This document shows positions 7,914 to 18,490 of a stretch of DNA of 64,000 nt, in pieces. A program made the translations under genes and the position numbers. Below the pieces are notes generated by a model. It saw only the letters and a list, made by a program, of their open reading frames with translations, was not told the origin of the DNA and did no database searches. The DNA comes from an uncultured Pseudomonadales bacterium (lineage in GTDB: Bacteria > Pseudomonadota > Gammaproteobacteria > Pseudomonadales > Balneatricaceae), in contig CALKFY010000048.1 in assembly GCA_938084925.1 (NCBI GenBank), positions 356 through 64,355 on the forward strand, given 5' to 3'. Position 1 is the first letter of the stretch. Each line of letters starts with the position of its first letter.

Positions 7914-9998
7914 ATGCGCTCACTAAATGAATTTTTACCATTGCTATTTAGCTGCGTCCTACTACTAATGGGCAACGGCTTATTGTTTATCGTGTTACCG
8001 ATGAGCATGCGCATTAGTGGTTCCGAAACAGATACTATCGGCATGATTATGTCCTTGTATTTTGTTGGCATGTTGTTTGGCTCTATGTATGGCCGCTACT
8101 TGATTGCTCGAGTAGGCCATATACGCATATTTGCGGCGTGTGCTGCCATTGCCACTGTCAGCGCCCTACTCTACTCTATCTGGTCTTCACCTATCGTTTG
8201 GGGTGCACTACGCATTATTGCCGGCATCTGTAATGCCACCTTGTTTATGGCTATGGAAACTTGGCTTAGTGACAGCTCCAATAGTGATAACCGTGGCACC
8301 GTATTTGGTGCTTATCAATTTGCTACTTATTTTGGCCTTACCATTGGCCAAATGATGCTGGCCTTAGCCGCACCACAGGACAATATTCTATTTATCTATG
8401 CTGCCGGCCTTTTGTGTATGGCCATGTTGCCCGTGCTATTAAGCAAATCTGGTGGCCCACGTATTGGCGAAACTAAATCCATGAAACTAAGCGCCCTGAT
8501 CAAAATTTCCCCCCTCGGTGTAGTGGGTGTATTTATGTCAGGCATTACTTTAGGCGCCTTCTACAACATGAGTACCGTTTACGGCTCAGACATGGGCATG
8601 AGTAATGGTGAAATTGCCACCTTTATGAGTGCTACCATGGTCGGCGGTTTTTTGCTGCAGTTCCCCGTTGGTAAACTGTCGGACATTTTTGACCGTCGTA
8701 CCATCTTGGTACTCACTCTAATCACCGCATCATTTTCAGCCATTATTTTGCCCTTTATGGCCGAACAAAAGGCCATGATGATGACCATCGGCGCAGCAGT
8801 GATCTTAAGTGGTACCTTGGCTTGCGTTTACCCAATTGCCTTAGCCGATGCTTATGACCGTATGCAGCCACACGAGATGGTAGCAGCTAGTGGTAAACTG
8901 ATTTTGGCTTATTCTGCCGGTGGTGCTTTAGGCCCTTACACGGCCTCTTTGGCCATGAAAGCTTTAGGTTCTGATGCTTTGTTTGGTTACCTTGTGGTTG
9001 CCAATTTGACGCTTATGGGCTTCGTGCTCTACCGCATGGCCATGCGTGCACCGGTACCAGAAACTTTGCAGGAATCCTTTGTATTACAAGGCCCTACGCC
9101 TTTAGCTACGGATCTTGATCCACGTACTGAATTCCAAGGTATGGAAGAAACCAGTGTAGCTGCAGATACTGCCATGAGCTTAGCAGAAGAAAGCCCAGAT
9201 GATCTATTGGATATCTTGGTCAACATTGCCGAACACCACCCTGACGATGTGGCTAACATTGCCGCCACCGCAGCCTATTACTACCCAGAACAGGCAGCAC
9301 AAATTGGTTTATACCTAAGCCGCGCTTTGCCAGATGCGCAGATGGATATCCTCTGCCAAGTAGCCGGTTCAGCACCAGAATCTAGCTCTCGACTGGTTGA
9401 GTTTATGTGTGCAGAAATTCATAACCAAAGCCTAAATCCATTACTAACAAGTAAGGCCCTGGTACAGCTAACACGTCAGATGTTGGAACAAGCGCCTTTG
9501 CAGGCCACGGCAATTGCCACCATCGTATCGCAAGAAGTACCTGAATCCATGCCAGAAATGGTAGCTGAGATCGCGTTAATTGCTGCCGAAGCTGCGCCAG
9601 AACAACGTATTGAAGTAGCTACATCCATTATCCAGGAAGTACCTGACGCCAGTGTGGAAGTTGCCGCCAGTGTCGCCGAATCTATTGCCGCTAGCCCTGA
9701 TGATGAGCTACACACATTCTTGGCCGCAGAAGAAGATGAAAACTACCTAGGTGAAGCGGCAGAATTTGCCGCCGCCGTAGCGCAAGAAACACCGGACCAA
9801 GCTGTCGACGTGGCCACAGTACTTGTGGAATCCGAGCCAGAAGAAGCTGGGCACGTAGTTGAGGCCCTAGCTCAAGTTGACCCAGAGAACGTTGAAGAGT
9901 GGGTGGAAGAAATGGCCGAGGCCATGCCAGAGGTCGCCGAAGAAATGAGCGAGGCCATGACCACAAGCTTAGAAGGTAGTGAAGAAGAACCGGCTTAA
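7914..9998 (+). CDS. MFS transporter (YcaD-like) fused to a ~290-aa acidic repeat domain
   Basis: ~12 hydrophobic segments, ARVGHIR and GKLSDIFDRR MFS motifs, ETWL, YPIA, usual tail ending LDPR near 9126, then a long Asp/Glu/Ala-rich extension. Confidence 0.88.
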   Translation: MRSLNEFLPLLFSCVLLLMGNGLLFIVLPMSMRISGSETDTIGMIMSLYFVGMLFGSMYGRYLIARVGHIRIFAACAAIATVSALLYSIWSSPIVWGALRIIAGICNATLFMAMETWLSDSSNSDNRGTVFGAYQFATYFGLTIGQMMLALAAPQDNILFIYAAGLLCMAMLPVLLSKSGGPRIGETKSMKLSALIKISPLGVVGVFMSGITLGAFYNMSTVYGSDMGMSNGEIATFMSATMVGGFLLQFPVGKLSDIFDRRTILVLTLITASFSAIILPFMAEQKAMMMTIGAAVILSGTLACVYPIALADAYDRMQPHEMVAASGKLILAYSAGGALGPYTASLAMKALGSDALFGYLVVANLTLMGFVLYRMAMRAPVPETLQESFVLQGPTPLATDLDPRTEFQGMEETSVAADTAMSLAEESPDDLLDILVNIAEHHPDDVANIAATAAYYYPEQAAQIGLYLSRALPDAQMDILCQVAGSAPESSSRLVEFMCAEIHNQSLNPLLTSKALVQLTRQMLEQAPLQATAIATIVSQEVPESMPEMVAEIALIAAEAAPEQRIEVATSIIQEVPDASVEVAASVAESIAASPDDELHTFLAAEEDENYLGEAAEFAAAVAQETPDQAVDVATVLVESEPEEAGHVVEALAQVDPENVEEWVEEMAEAMPEVAEEMSEAMTTSLEGSEEEPA
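9192..9968 (+). repeat. About 14 copies of a 15-residue protein repeat x-P-[DE]-x4-[IV]-x3-hydrophobic in the MFS tail
   Basis: SPDDLLDILVNIAEH / HPDDVANIAATAAYY / YPEQAAQIGLYLSRA / LPDAQMDILCQVAGS ... TPDQAVDVATVLVES / EPEEAGHVVEALAQV / DPENVEEWVEEMAEA / MPEVAEEMSEAMTTS. Confidence 0.8.
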
Positions 9999-10010
9999 GG
10001 GCAAAGAACG

Positions 10011-10421
10011 TTAACAGGATGCAGGCCAATCGGCCATCAATGCATCCATCACCGGCTGGTTGGCCTTGGGCAAAGTATAATTAGCGCATTGCTCAGCAGT
10101 TACCCACTGTAAAGGCTGACCCTCCATGCCTTGGGGCGCGCCTTGAAAGCACCTAATAGTGTAAAAGCGCAAGCTCACTTGTTTGTCGGGGTAGTCATAG
10201 CTGACGTGTTGAAATAATTCGCAGTCTTGAGGGGCAACATCAATGCTAAGCTCTTCTTTGAGCTCGCGACTCAAAGCATCACAGGCGTCTTCACCCACTT
10301 CCACCTTGCCACCGGGAAACTCCCACTTATCACCTTGATGTTGATGACTAGCTCGTTTGGCCAAGAGTATACGCTCTTGGCTATCGACGATAATACCGGC
10401 AACGACTTCTATTCTAGACAT
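10011..10421 (-). CDS. mutT: 8-oxo-dGTP diphosphatase
   Basis: Nudix box WEFPGGKVEVGE...ALSRELKEEL; secA-argJ-mutT synteny. Confidence 0.9.
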   Translation of the reverse strand: MSRIEVVAGIIVDSQERILLAKRASHQHQGDKWEFPGGKVEVGEDACDALSRELKEELSIDVAPQDCELFQHVSYDYPDKQVSLRFYTIRCFQGAPQGMEGQPLQWVTAEQCANYTLPKANQPVMDALMADWPASC

Positions 10422-10444
10422 GGGTTAGCTTATCTATTTCTTAC

Positions 10445-11659
10445 TTAGCTACGGTAATCAGCGTTAATTCGTACATAATCGTAAGACAGGTCCGTGGTCC
10501 AAACGGTCTCGGCACAACTACCACGCTGCAGATCAACCTTGATGGTGATCTCTTCTTGGTCCATAACCGCCTGACCAGCTTCTTCTGTATAGCAATTAGC
10601 GCGGCCACCATTGGCAACCAATAGAGCATCACCTAGGTGTATGGTGAGGGTATCCACATCCAAGTCTTTAACACCAGCATAACCTACAGCGGCGAGAATA
10701 CGACCCCAGTTAGGGTCAGCAGCAAACAAGGCGGTTTTAACTAGAGGCGAGTGGGCAATAGCATAGGCAACATCCAAACATTCTTGACGTTCCCCGCCAC
10801 CCACAACTTCGATGGCAATAAACTTAGTAGCGCCTTCGCCATCACGCACGATAGCTTGAGCCAGCTGTTGCATTAGGCTAATTAGAGCCGCACGAAATAC
10901 GTCATAATCGGCACTATGTTCCAACAATTCCAGCTCACTAGCACCTGTGGCGACTAGAATGCATGAATCGTTGGTAGACATGTCACCATCAACGGTAATG
11001 CGATTAAAACTCAATTCGGAGGCTTCACTAACCAACTGTTGGGTTAGCTGAGGTGATAATTTAATATCCGTTGCTACGTAGGCCAACATGGTCGCCATGT
11101 TGGGGCGAATCATGCCAGAGCCTTTGGAAATACCACTAAGCGTAATGTCTTGACCGCCAATATTAACCTTAACACTCGCACCTTTGGTTCGTGTATCAGT
11201 AGTCAAGATGCCTTGCGCGGCATCACCCCAGCCCGTAGGCGATAAGTTTGCATAAGCTGCTGGCAAAGCATCTAACAAGCGCTCCATGGGCAAGGTTTCA
11301 CCAATAACACCCGTTGAAAAAGGTAATACTTGCGTAGTTGGTACGCCCGCAAGTTCGGCCACAGCTGCGCAGCTAGCCTTAGCATCTAGCATGCCCTGCT
11401 CGCCTGTACCGGCATTGGCATTGCCCGTATTCACAACTAGCAACAATGGCTCATCTACCGACAAGTGCGCGCGGCAAACATGCACAGGTGCAGCGCAAAA
11501 GGCATTGACGGTGAACACACCAGCCATAGTGCTACCAGCTTTAGCCTGCATAATGACTAGATCTTTACGACCTGGAGTCTTTATACCGGCGCTAGCAGTA
11601 CCTAGCTGAAAGCCAGGTACACAATGATAGTTAACTTGAAGATCGGCACCTACGGCCAT
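10445..11659 (-). CDS. argJ: Bifunctional ornithine acetyltransferase/N-acetylglutamate synthase
   Basis: KGSGMIRPNMATML, DGEGATK, DPNWGR, YVRINADYRS. Confidence 0.96.
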   Translation of the reverse strand: MAVGADLQVNYHCVPGFQLGTASAGIKTPGRKDLVIMQAKAGSTMAGVFTVNAFCAAPVHVCRAHLSVDEPLLLVVNTGNANAGTGEQGMLDAKASCAAVAELAGVPTTQVLPFSTGVIGETLPMERLLDALPAAYANLSPTGWGDAAQGILTTDTRTKGASVKVNIGGQDITLSGISKGSGMIRPNMATMLAYVATDIKLSPQLTQQLVSEASELSFNRITVDGDMSTNDSCILVATGASELELLEHSADYDVFRAALISLMQQLAQAIVRDGEGATKFIAIEVVGGGERQECLDVAYAIAHSPLVKTALFAADPNWGRILAAVGYAGVKDLDVDTLTIHLGDALLVANGGRANCYTEEAGQAVMDQEEITIKVDLQRGSCAETVWTTDLSYDYVRINADYRS

Positions 11660-11729
11660 GCTAGTATCCTCTTGAAAAAGCTGAGAGATATGGGCTCAGA
11701 ACGGTGGCTTAACCCAACTCGAATATATA

Positions 11730-11752
11730 GGGTCAGACCTAAGGTCTGACCC
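11730..11752. repeat. Short perfect palindrome GGGTCAGACCT-A-AGGTCTGACCC after secA
   Basis: 11-bp arms; shares the GGG(G)TCAGA tag with the element at 45674. Confidence 0.65.
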
Positions 11753-11763
11753 CGTTTGTGTGT

Positions 11764-14478
11764 TTAAACTAGCTTACCGTGACACTGCTTGTACTTTTTA
11801 CCAGAACCACATGGGCAGGGCTCGTTACGGCCTACCTTTTCTGTGGCTTTCACAATTTCTGTTTCTGGCGATGCCGCGCCTTGTGCTACTTGAGCAGTCG
11901 CTTGGGCTTGAGCATGTTGGAATTCCATAGCTTTTTGTGCCGCTTCACGTCGAGCACGCTCTTCCGCTTCAATTTCTTCAGGAGAACGTACTTGTACGTG
12001 AGACAAGATACGTACTACGTCTTCCTTGATGGCAAACAGAAGATGCTGGAATAGCTCAAACGATTCACGCTTGTATTCCTGCTTAGGGTTCTTTTGTGCA
12101 TAACCGCGTAGATGGATACCTTGACGCAACATATCCATAGTTGCCAAATGCTCTTTCCAGCGCGCATCGATTACCTGCAACATCACCTGTTTTTCAAAGG
12201 TACGAATTGGCTCTGCACCAACTACCTGCTCCTTGTTTTGGTAATGCTCTTCAATGTTAGCCAGAATTTTTTCTCGCAAAGCATCTTCATGCAAACGGTC
12301 ATCTTCGTCCAGCCATTGTTGCACAGGCATCTGCAAAGCAAACTGCGTGTTGAGTTCCGTTTCTAGGCCAGGTACATCCCATTGTTCAGCCAAACTCTGT
12401 GGTGGAATATGGGCATCTACGGTGCTATTTACCACTTCTTCACGGATCTTAACCACAACGTCGCCAATTTCATCGGCACCCATCAGGTCATTACGTTGAT
12501 CATAAATAACCGAACGCTGGTCATTGGCTACGTCATCATATTCTAATAACTGCTTACGAATATCAAAGTTTCGGCCTTCGAGTTTACGCTGGGATTTTTC
12601 AACGGCATTGCTCACCATGCGGTGTTCAATGGCTTCGCCTTTTTCCATACCCAGTTTTTGCATCAAGCCCTTAATTCGCTCAGGTGCAAAGATACGCAAC
12701 AAGTTATCTTCTAAGGATAGGAAGAAGCGCGATGAACCAGGGTCACCTTGACGACCTGCACGACCACGTAGCTGGTTATCGATTCGACGTGACTCATGAC
12801 GCTCGGTACCAATAATATGTAAACCACCTTGGGCCAAAACCAGCTCATGGCGGGTTTGCCATTCGGCGCGCACTGCCTCTTTCTTAGCATCAGATGCATC
12901 CGCACCAAGAGTTTCTAGTTCTGCTTCTAACTTACCACCAAGCACGATATCCGTACCACGGCCAGCCATGTTGGTAGCAATGGTTACTGCACCAGGGCGA
13001 CCGGCTTGGGCAATGATATGGGCTTCTTGTTCGTGCTGCTTAGCGTTAAGTACCTTATGATCTACACCCGCTTTGTTAAGGGCCCTAGAGATCATTTCGG
13101 ACATTTCGATGGAAGCCGTACCGACTAACACTGGGCGTTGTTCGCCTACGCAGTAGTTAATGTCTTTGATGATGGCTTCAAATTTTTCTTCTAGAGTCAG
13201 GTAAACCAAGTCGTTCAAATCCTGACGCTTAACGTCGACGTTGGTTGGTATAACCAATACGTCCAAACCATAGATTTGATGTAATTCGAAGGCTTCTGTG
13301 TCGGCAGTACCGGTCATACCAGCAAGCTTTTCATACAAACGGAAGTAGTTTTGGAAGGTCGTAGAAGCCAAGGTTTGGCTTTCCTTCTGAATGGCGACAC
13401 CTTCTTTTGCTTCTACAGCTTGGTGAATACCTTCAGACCAACGACGGCCAGGCATGGTACGGCCAGTGTGTTCATCAACAATCACTACTTCGTTGTTTTG
13501 TACTATGTAGTCAACGTCTTTTTGGAACACAACGTGGGCACGCAAACCCGCGTAGATATGATGCAACAAAGTTAAGTTGCTGGCTGCATATAGGCTGTCG
13601 CCGTCTTTTAGCAACTCGGCTTCAACCAGTAGCTGCTCAACAAACAGGTGCCCGTTTTCCGTCAATTCAATAGATCGTTGGGACTCATCAAAGGTATAGT
13701 GACCTGTAGGTTGCTCGTCACCTTCAACCACAGGTTGAAGGTCTAGCTTAGGAATTAAGCTATTAATAGACAAGTAAATAGACGTATTGTCTTCTACGGG
13801 GCCGGAGATAATTAGCGGTGTACGGGCTTCATCGATCAAGATGGAGTCAACTTCATCAACAATGGCGTAGTTAAGTGGACGCTGAACCTTATCAGCGACA
13901 CTAAAGGCCATATTGTCACGTAGGTAATCAAAACCAAATTCGTTGTTGGTACCGTAGGTCACATCACAAGCATAGGCTTCGCGCTTTTGCTCGGCGTTTT
14001 GACCACTTAAGATGATACCAACGCTTAAACCAAGACCTTCATACAAAGGGCGCATCCACTGCGCATCTCGGTTTGCCAAGTAATCGTTTACCGTAACTAC
14101 GTGAACACCACTACCTGGAATGGCATTTAGATATACAGCCAAGGTTGCAACCAGAGTTTTACCTTCACCGGTACGCATTTCTGCTACCTTGCCATTGTGC
14201 AAGGACATGCCGCCAATCATCTGTACATCAAAGTGACGTAAGCCCATAAACCGCACTGACGCTTCACGACACACGGCAAAGGCTTCAGGTAGCAGTTGGT
14301 CTAGGCTCTGGCCAGACTCAAAGCGTTGTTGAAAATCTGCGCGCTTGGCCGCAATTTCTACGTCAGTAAGCGCCTGACAGCTGCTTTCAAGGGCATTAAT
14401 TGATTGAACAAGTTTATTGAGTTTTTTAACTTCGCGATCGTTTTTGCTGCCAAAAACGCTCTGGAGAATATTGAACAT
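11764..14478 (-). CDS. secA: Preprotein translocase ATPase SecA
   Basis: [39 protein letters not shown]-terminal [14 protein letters not shown]. Confidence 0.99.
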   Translation of the reverse strand: MFNILQSVFGSKNDREVKKLNKLVQSINALESSCQALTDVEIAAKRADFQQRFESGQSLDQLLPEAFAVCREASVRFMGLRHFDVQMIGGMSLHNGKVAEMRTGEGKTLVATLAVYLNAIPGSGVHVVTVNDYLANRDAQWMRPLYEGLGLSVGIILSGQNAEQKREAYACDVTYGTNNEFGFDYLRDNMAFSVADKVQRPLNYAIVDEVDSILIDEARTPLIISGPVEDNTSIYLSINSLIPKLDLQPVVEGDEQPTGHYTFDESQRSIELTENGHLFVEQLLVEAELLKDGDSLYAASNLTLLHHIYAGLRAHVVFQKDVDYIVQNNEVVIVDEHTGRTMPGRRWSEGIHQAVEAKEGVAIQKESQTLASTTFQNYFRLYEKLAGMTGTADTEAFELHQIYGLDVLVIPTNVDVKRQDLNDLVYLTLEEKFEAIIKDINYCVGEQRPVLVGTASIEMSEMISRALNKAGVDHKVLNAKQHEQEAHIIAQAGRPGAVTIATNMAGRGTDIVLGGKLEAELETLGADASDAKKEAVRAEWQTRHELVLAQGGLHIIGTERHESRRIDNQLRGRAGRQGDPGSSRFFLSLEDNLLRIFAPERIKGLMQKLGMEKGEAIEHRMVSNAVEKSQRKLEGRNFDIRKQLLEYDDVANDQRSVIYDQRNDLMGADEIGDVVVKIREEVVNSTVDAHIPPQSLAEQWDVPGLETELNTQFALQMPVQQWLDEDDRLHEDALREKILANIEEHYQNKEQVVGAEPIRTFEKQVMLQVIDARWKEHLATMDMLRQGIHLRGYAQKNPKQEYKRESFELFQHLLFAIKEDVVRILSHVQVRSPEEIEAEERARREAAQKAMEFQHAQAQATAQVAQGAASPETEIVKATEKVGRNEPCPCGSGKKYKQCHGKLV

Positions 14479-14590
14479 TGAGCTATTTCTTTTTCGTTAT
14501 ATGTCGAGTCATGGCTGACGCTTGAAAGCAAGCAGGTCAAAGCCCTTAATGCGGCCTAAAGCCGTCTTAAAAAAATCTGGTCACCGTGTA

Positions 14591-14618
14591 TTATGGGGAC
14601 TTTCTAGGGATTTAAAAG
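14591..14618 (-). promoter_or_regulatory. Candidate sigma-32-like promoter upstream of secA
   Basis: Minus strand CTTTTAAA-tccctagaaagt-CCCCATAA. Confidence 0.35.
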
Positions 14619-14681
14619 CCCTTTTTGCTAGATAAGCTAGGCAACAGGCAAAGAATTACGTTTTTCCTAACAAGCGGCAAT

Positions 14682-14718
14682 AAAAAAGCCGGCTTTCTTG
14701 AGGAAGACCGGCTTTTTT
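14682..14718. terminator. Intrinsic terminator closing the dcw cluster after lpxC
   Basis: AAAAAAGCCGG-N15-CCGGCTTTTTT, 20 bp after the lpxC stop. Confidence 0.8.
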
Positions 14719-14738
14719 GAAACTAATTAGCGTGCAGA

Positions 14739-15647
14739 TTAAGCTGCAGCTGGAGACATATAGGCAATAGGGGCTTCGCTCACATCATCAAAAGTAACCA
14801 CTTCCCATGCGTTTTCATTAGCCAATAACTCACGCAACAACATGTGGTTTAGACCGTGACCAGACTTATGACCTTCAAATTGACCAATCAGGCTATTGCC
14901 TAATAGATACAAGTCACCAACAGCATCAAGAACTTTATGCTTAACAAACTCATCCTGGTAGCGCAGACCATCTTCGTTCAATACACGGAAGTCATCAACA
15001 GCAATGGCGTTATCCATACTGCCACCTAGAGCAAGGTTTTTGGAACGCAGGTATTCAAAGTCGCGCATAAAGCCAAAGGTGCGCGCACGGCTTACCTCCT
15101 TAACATAGGAAGTGCTAGAAAAATCTAGATAGGTCGTGCAGTTATCTTTATCAAAGACTGGGTGATCAAAGTCGATAGTAAAGCCAACACGAAACCCTTC
15201 AAAAGGCTTCAAAGTTGCTTGCTTATCGTCTTGTTCAACGACGATAGGCTCTTTTATGCGAATAAACTTCTTCGGAGCCGATTGCTCTTCAACACCTGCC
15301 GATTGCAGCAAGAATATGAATGGCGCGGAGCTGCCATCCATAATAGGGACTTCTTCGCCACTTAGTTCAACATACGCATTATCGATACCAAGACCAGCAA
15401 AGGCCGACATCAAATGCTCAACTGTACAAACACGAACACCATCCTTGACCAGGTTAGTGGATAGGGTCGTATCGCCAACATTGGCAGCAGTTGCCGCAAT
15501 GGTAACAACAGGATCTAAATCCGTGCGACAAAATACGATACCAGTATTGGCCGGAGCAGGCTTCAAGGTAAGGTATACCTTTTTGCCAGTATGGATGCCA
15601 ATACCCGTAGCACGGATTACATTTTTCAGAGTACGTTGTTTTACCAT
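14739..15647 (-). CDS. lpxC: UDP-3-O-acyl-GlcNAc deacetylase
   Basis: [39 protein letters not shown]. Confidence 0.98.
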   Translation of the reverse strand: MVKQRTLKNVIRATGIGIHTGKKVYLTLKPAPANTGIVFCRTDLDPVVTIAATAANVGDTTLSTNLVKDGVRVCTVEHLMSAFAGLGIDNAYVELSGEEVPIMDGSSAPFIFLLQSAGVEEQSAPKKFIRIKEPIVVEQDDKQATLKPFEGFRVGFTIDFDHPVFDKDNCTTYLDFSSTSYVKEVSRARTFGFMRDFEYLRSKNLALGGSMDNAIAVDDFRVLNEDGLRYQDEFVKHKVLDAVGDLYLLGNSLIGQFEGHKSGHGLNHMLLRELLANENAWEVVTFDDVSEAPIAYMSPAAA

Positions 15648-15679
15648 TACGTCTTAACCTTGACTAAAACTCGGCGCAT

Positions 15680-15688
15680 ATTATAGCA
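15680..15688 (-). promoter_or_regulatory. Extended -10 element for lpxC
   Basis: TGCTATAAT on the minus strand ~33 bp before the ATG. Confidence 0.55.
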
Positions 15689-15754
15689 CAATATCCTACT
15701 TACACCTGTAGTAAATTGGGCCTAAGTCATTAGAGCAACCTACTGCGCGCTAAA

Positions 15755-16930
15755 CTAGTCCGCTTGGCGACGTAAAAACGCCGGAATGTCCAAGTAGTCT
15801 ATTTCACCGCCAGCATTGCCCTGCAAATCACTTGCACCTGCCGCTGGTTGAGGCTCATCTGCACGTGCACTAGAACGACCTGCTAGAGGGGTTTCTGCTG
15901 CACCAGATTGAACCGGCTTAGGATTATTGACCACAGCTGTGATGGATGGTTCATTATTTCTTGCAAATGCATCACCTAAACCTGTAGCAACAACTGTCAC
16001 CTTCAGTTCATCAACCATTTCTGGGTCGATTACAGTACCGATTACAACAGTGGCATTCTCAGAAGCAAACTCTTCGATAGTAGCACCTACCTCAGAAAAC
16101 TCGCCCAAATTCATATCCAGACCTGCAGTAATGTTGACCAAGATGCCCTTGGCACCATTTAGATCCACATCTTCTAGCAATGGGCTACGAATAGCAGCCT
16201 CAGCAGCTTCACGCGCACGCTCTTCGCCTTTACCAACACCAGTACCCATCATTGCCATGCCCATTTCAGACATGACCGTGCGTACGTCAGCAAAGTCGAC
16301 ATTGATCATACCAGGACGAATAATCAAATCGGCAATACCTTGTACAGCACCCAACAATACATCGTTGGCTGTACTAAAAGCATTTAATAAACTGCAGTTT
16401 TTACCCAATACAGGCAGCAGCTTCTCATTTGGAATAGTGATTAAAGAGTCAACATGCTCGGACAGCTCTTTCAAGCCCTGCTCCGCAATAGCCATGCGCT
16501 TACGGCCTTCAAATGGGAATGGCTTAGTCACCACAGCAACGGTCAAAATACCCAGTTCGCGCGCTACCTCAGCAACAATAGGAGCACCACCAGTACCTGT
16601 ACCACCACCCATACCAGCGGTGATAAATACCATATCAGCACCATTTAGGGATTCTGCGATACGCTCGCGATCTTCCAATGCAGCTTCACGACCAACATTT
16701 GGATTAGCACCCGCTCCCAAACCCTTAGTGATTTGCGTACCTAGCTGCACAACAGAACGAGACTCCAAACCTTTAAGGGCTTGCGCATCCGTATTAGCGC
16801 AAATAAAGTCAACACCGGTAATATCACTGGAAAGCATATGCCCCACAGCGTTACCTCCACCACCACCAACGCCAATAACCTTAATTATCGCATCCTGTGG
16901 TACATTATCCACTAATTCATACATGTCCAT
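15755..16930 (-). CDS. ftsZ: Cell division GTPase FtsZ
   Basis: GGGTGTG tubulin signature, NVDFADV, C-terminal DIPAFLRRQAD. Confidence 0.99.
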   Translation of the reverse strand: MDMYELVDNVPQDAIIKVIGVGGGGGNAVGHMLSSDITGVDFICANTDAQALKGLESRSVVQLGTQITKGLGAGANPNVGREAALEDRERIAESLNGADMVFITAGMGGGTGTGGAPIVAEVARELGILTVAVVTKPFPFEGRKRMAIAEQGLKELSEHVDSLITIPNEKLLPVLGKNCSLLNAFSTANDVLLGAVQGIADLIIRPGMINVDFADVRTVMSEMGMAMMGTGVGKGEERAREAAEAAIRSPLLEDVDLNGAKGILVNITAGLDMNLGEFSEVGATIEEFASENATVVIGTVIDPEMVDELKVTVVATGLGDAFARNNEPSITAVVNNPKPVQSGAAETPLAGRSSARADEPQPAAGASDLQGNAGGEIDYLDIPAFLRRQAD

Positions 16931-17018
16931 TTTAAGCTCCTGGTCTTATTATCATGTACCCCATTCGGCTCCGTATCGAAGGGGCAATCAACACCTATAT
17001 AGTTTGACCCTACAGGTG

Positions 17019-18263
17019 TTAAAAGTTCCGCATTATCCAACCTTTAGCCTGCTGCCAAAGGTTAGTATCACCCGCGCTCTTACGGCGTGGCGTTTTTTTA
17101 ATACTTGCATCCACCTGTTGTTCGCTCGCATAGTGCAGCAACCCCAAGCTAGTTGCAAAAGTTGGCTCATCCACTATATCCATAGCGCCCGCCAACGGCT
17201 TTGGCTTGGCCAAGCGTACTGGCATATGGAATACCTCTTCCGCCAACTCAACAGCACCTTCCATCAAGGCAGTACCGCCAGTTAATACAATACCCGCAGC
17301 CAAAGCGTCTTCGAAACCACTACGACGCAGTTCGGCTTGCACCATGGTATATAATTCTTCATAACGTGGTTCAACCACCTCAGCCAGCGCCTGACGTGAC
17401 AGATCACGAGCCGGACGCTCGCCGACACTAGGCACCTTAACTGTTTCAGCCATATCAGCCAATTGCGCAAGAGCACAGGCGTAGCGTACCTTTATGTCTT
17501 CTGCGTGCACGGTTGGCGTGCGTAGCGCCATAGCAATATCATTGGTAACCTGATCACCAGCTACAGGAATCACCGCTGTGTAACGAGTTGCACCACCTGT
17601 GTAAACCGCCATATCCAAGGTGCCACCGCCCATATCAATCAGACATACACCAAGCTCTTTTTCATCATCGGTAAGTACGGCATGACTAGAGGCCAGCTGA
17701 TTAACTACCAGGCCATCCATTTGCAGGCCACAACGGGCCAAACATTTTTCAATATTTTGCGCGACATTACGAGAACCAATGACAATATGCACTTTCACTT
17801 CCAAGCGCACACCCGACATACCTAAAGGATCGCGAATGCCATCTTGACCATCTATAACGTATTCTTGAGGTAGTATGTGAAGAATTTTTTGATCAGCAGA
17901 AATAGCCACAGCTTTAGCTGCATCGACTACGCGATCCAAATCAGATTCAGTAACTTCGCCGCTATCAATAGCGACAATGCCATGCGAATTAATACTAGTA
18001 ACGTGATTACCACCAATACCAACAGTAACTCGGTCAATTTTGCAATCGGCCATCAACTCAGCTTCTTCGATGGCGCGCTTGATAGAGGAAACTGTGGATT
18101 CAATATCCACAATCATGCCACGCTTTAAACCACGTGATGGCTGACAACTGACACCAGCAATACGCATACTACCTTGAGCAGGTACCTCAGCCACCATAGC
18201 CACCACCTTAGAGGTGCCTATATCAAGGCTGACAAGCATAGGAGTATCGCTCATTTCTGTCAT
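17019..18263 (-). CDS. ftsA: Cell division protein FtsA
   Basis: LDIGTSKV, IDMGGGT, GIVLTGG, C-terminal amphipathic helix WIMRNF. Confidence 0.98.
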   Translation of the reverse strand: MTEMSDTPMLVSLDIGTSKVVAMVAEVPAQGSMRIAGVSCQPSRGLKRGMIVDIESTVSSIKRAIEEAELMADCKIDRVTVGIGGNHVTSINSHGIVAIDSGEVTESDLDRVVDAAKAVAISADQKILHILPQEYVIDGQDGIRDPLGMSGVRLEVKVHIVIGSRNVAQNIEKCLARCGLQMDGLVVNQLASSHAVLTDDEKELGVCLIDMGGGTLDMAVYTGGATRYTAVIPVAGDQVTNDIAMALRTPTVHAEDIKVRYACALAQLADMAETVKVPSVGERPARDLSRQALAEVVEPRYEELYTMVQAELRRSGFEDALAAGIVLTGGTALMEGAVELAEEVFHMPVRLAKPKPLAGAMDIVDEPTFATSLGLLHYASEQQVDASIKKTPRRKSAGDTNLWQQAKGWIMRNF

Positions 18264-18490
18264 TTTTTAGCAACCGAAGTCGTTGGTTAAAAACTATTAC
18301 TTCTGTCTAAACCCGACACCAAAAAGCATCTAATTTAGACAAAACACATATACACTCAATTATCCCATATTTAGATACAAATAGGCACTGATTTTTAACC
18401 ATATGTGCAACAATTCGCAGACATTATTTATGCCTTGCTGCATACCCATGCAACTCACTTTCAAACCCCTTTATCGAGCCTATAAAAAGC

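Noticed and set aside
14358-14540. 60-aa ORF overlapping the secA start as a SecM-like leader
   Set aside because: TTG start, no signal peptide or arrest motif, and it extends 120 bp into secA out of frame
15927-17285. 452-aa plus-strand ORF
   Set aside because: Antisense shadow of ftsZ/ftsA with no recognisable motifs
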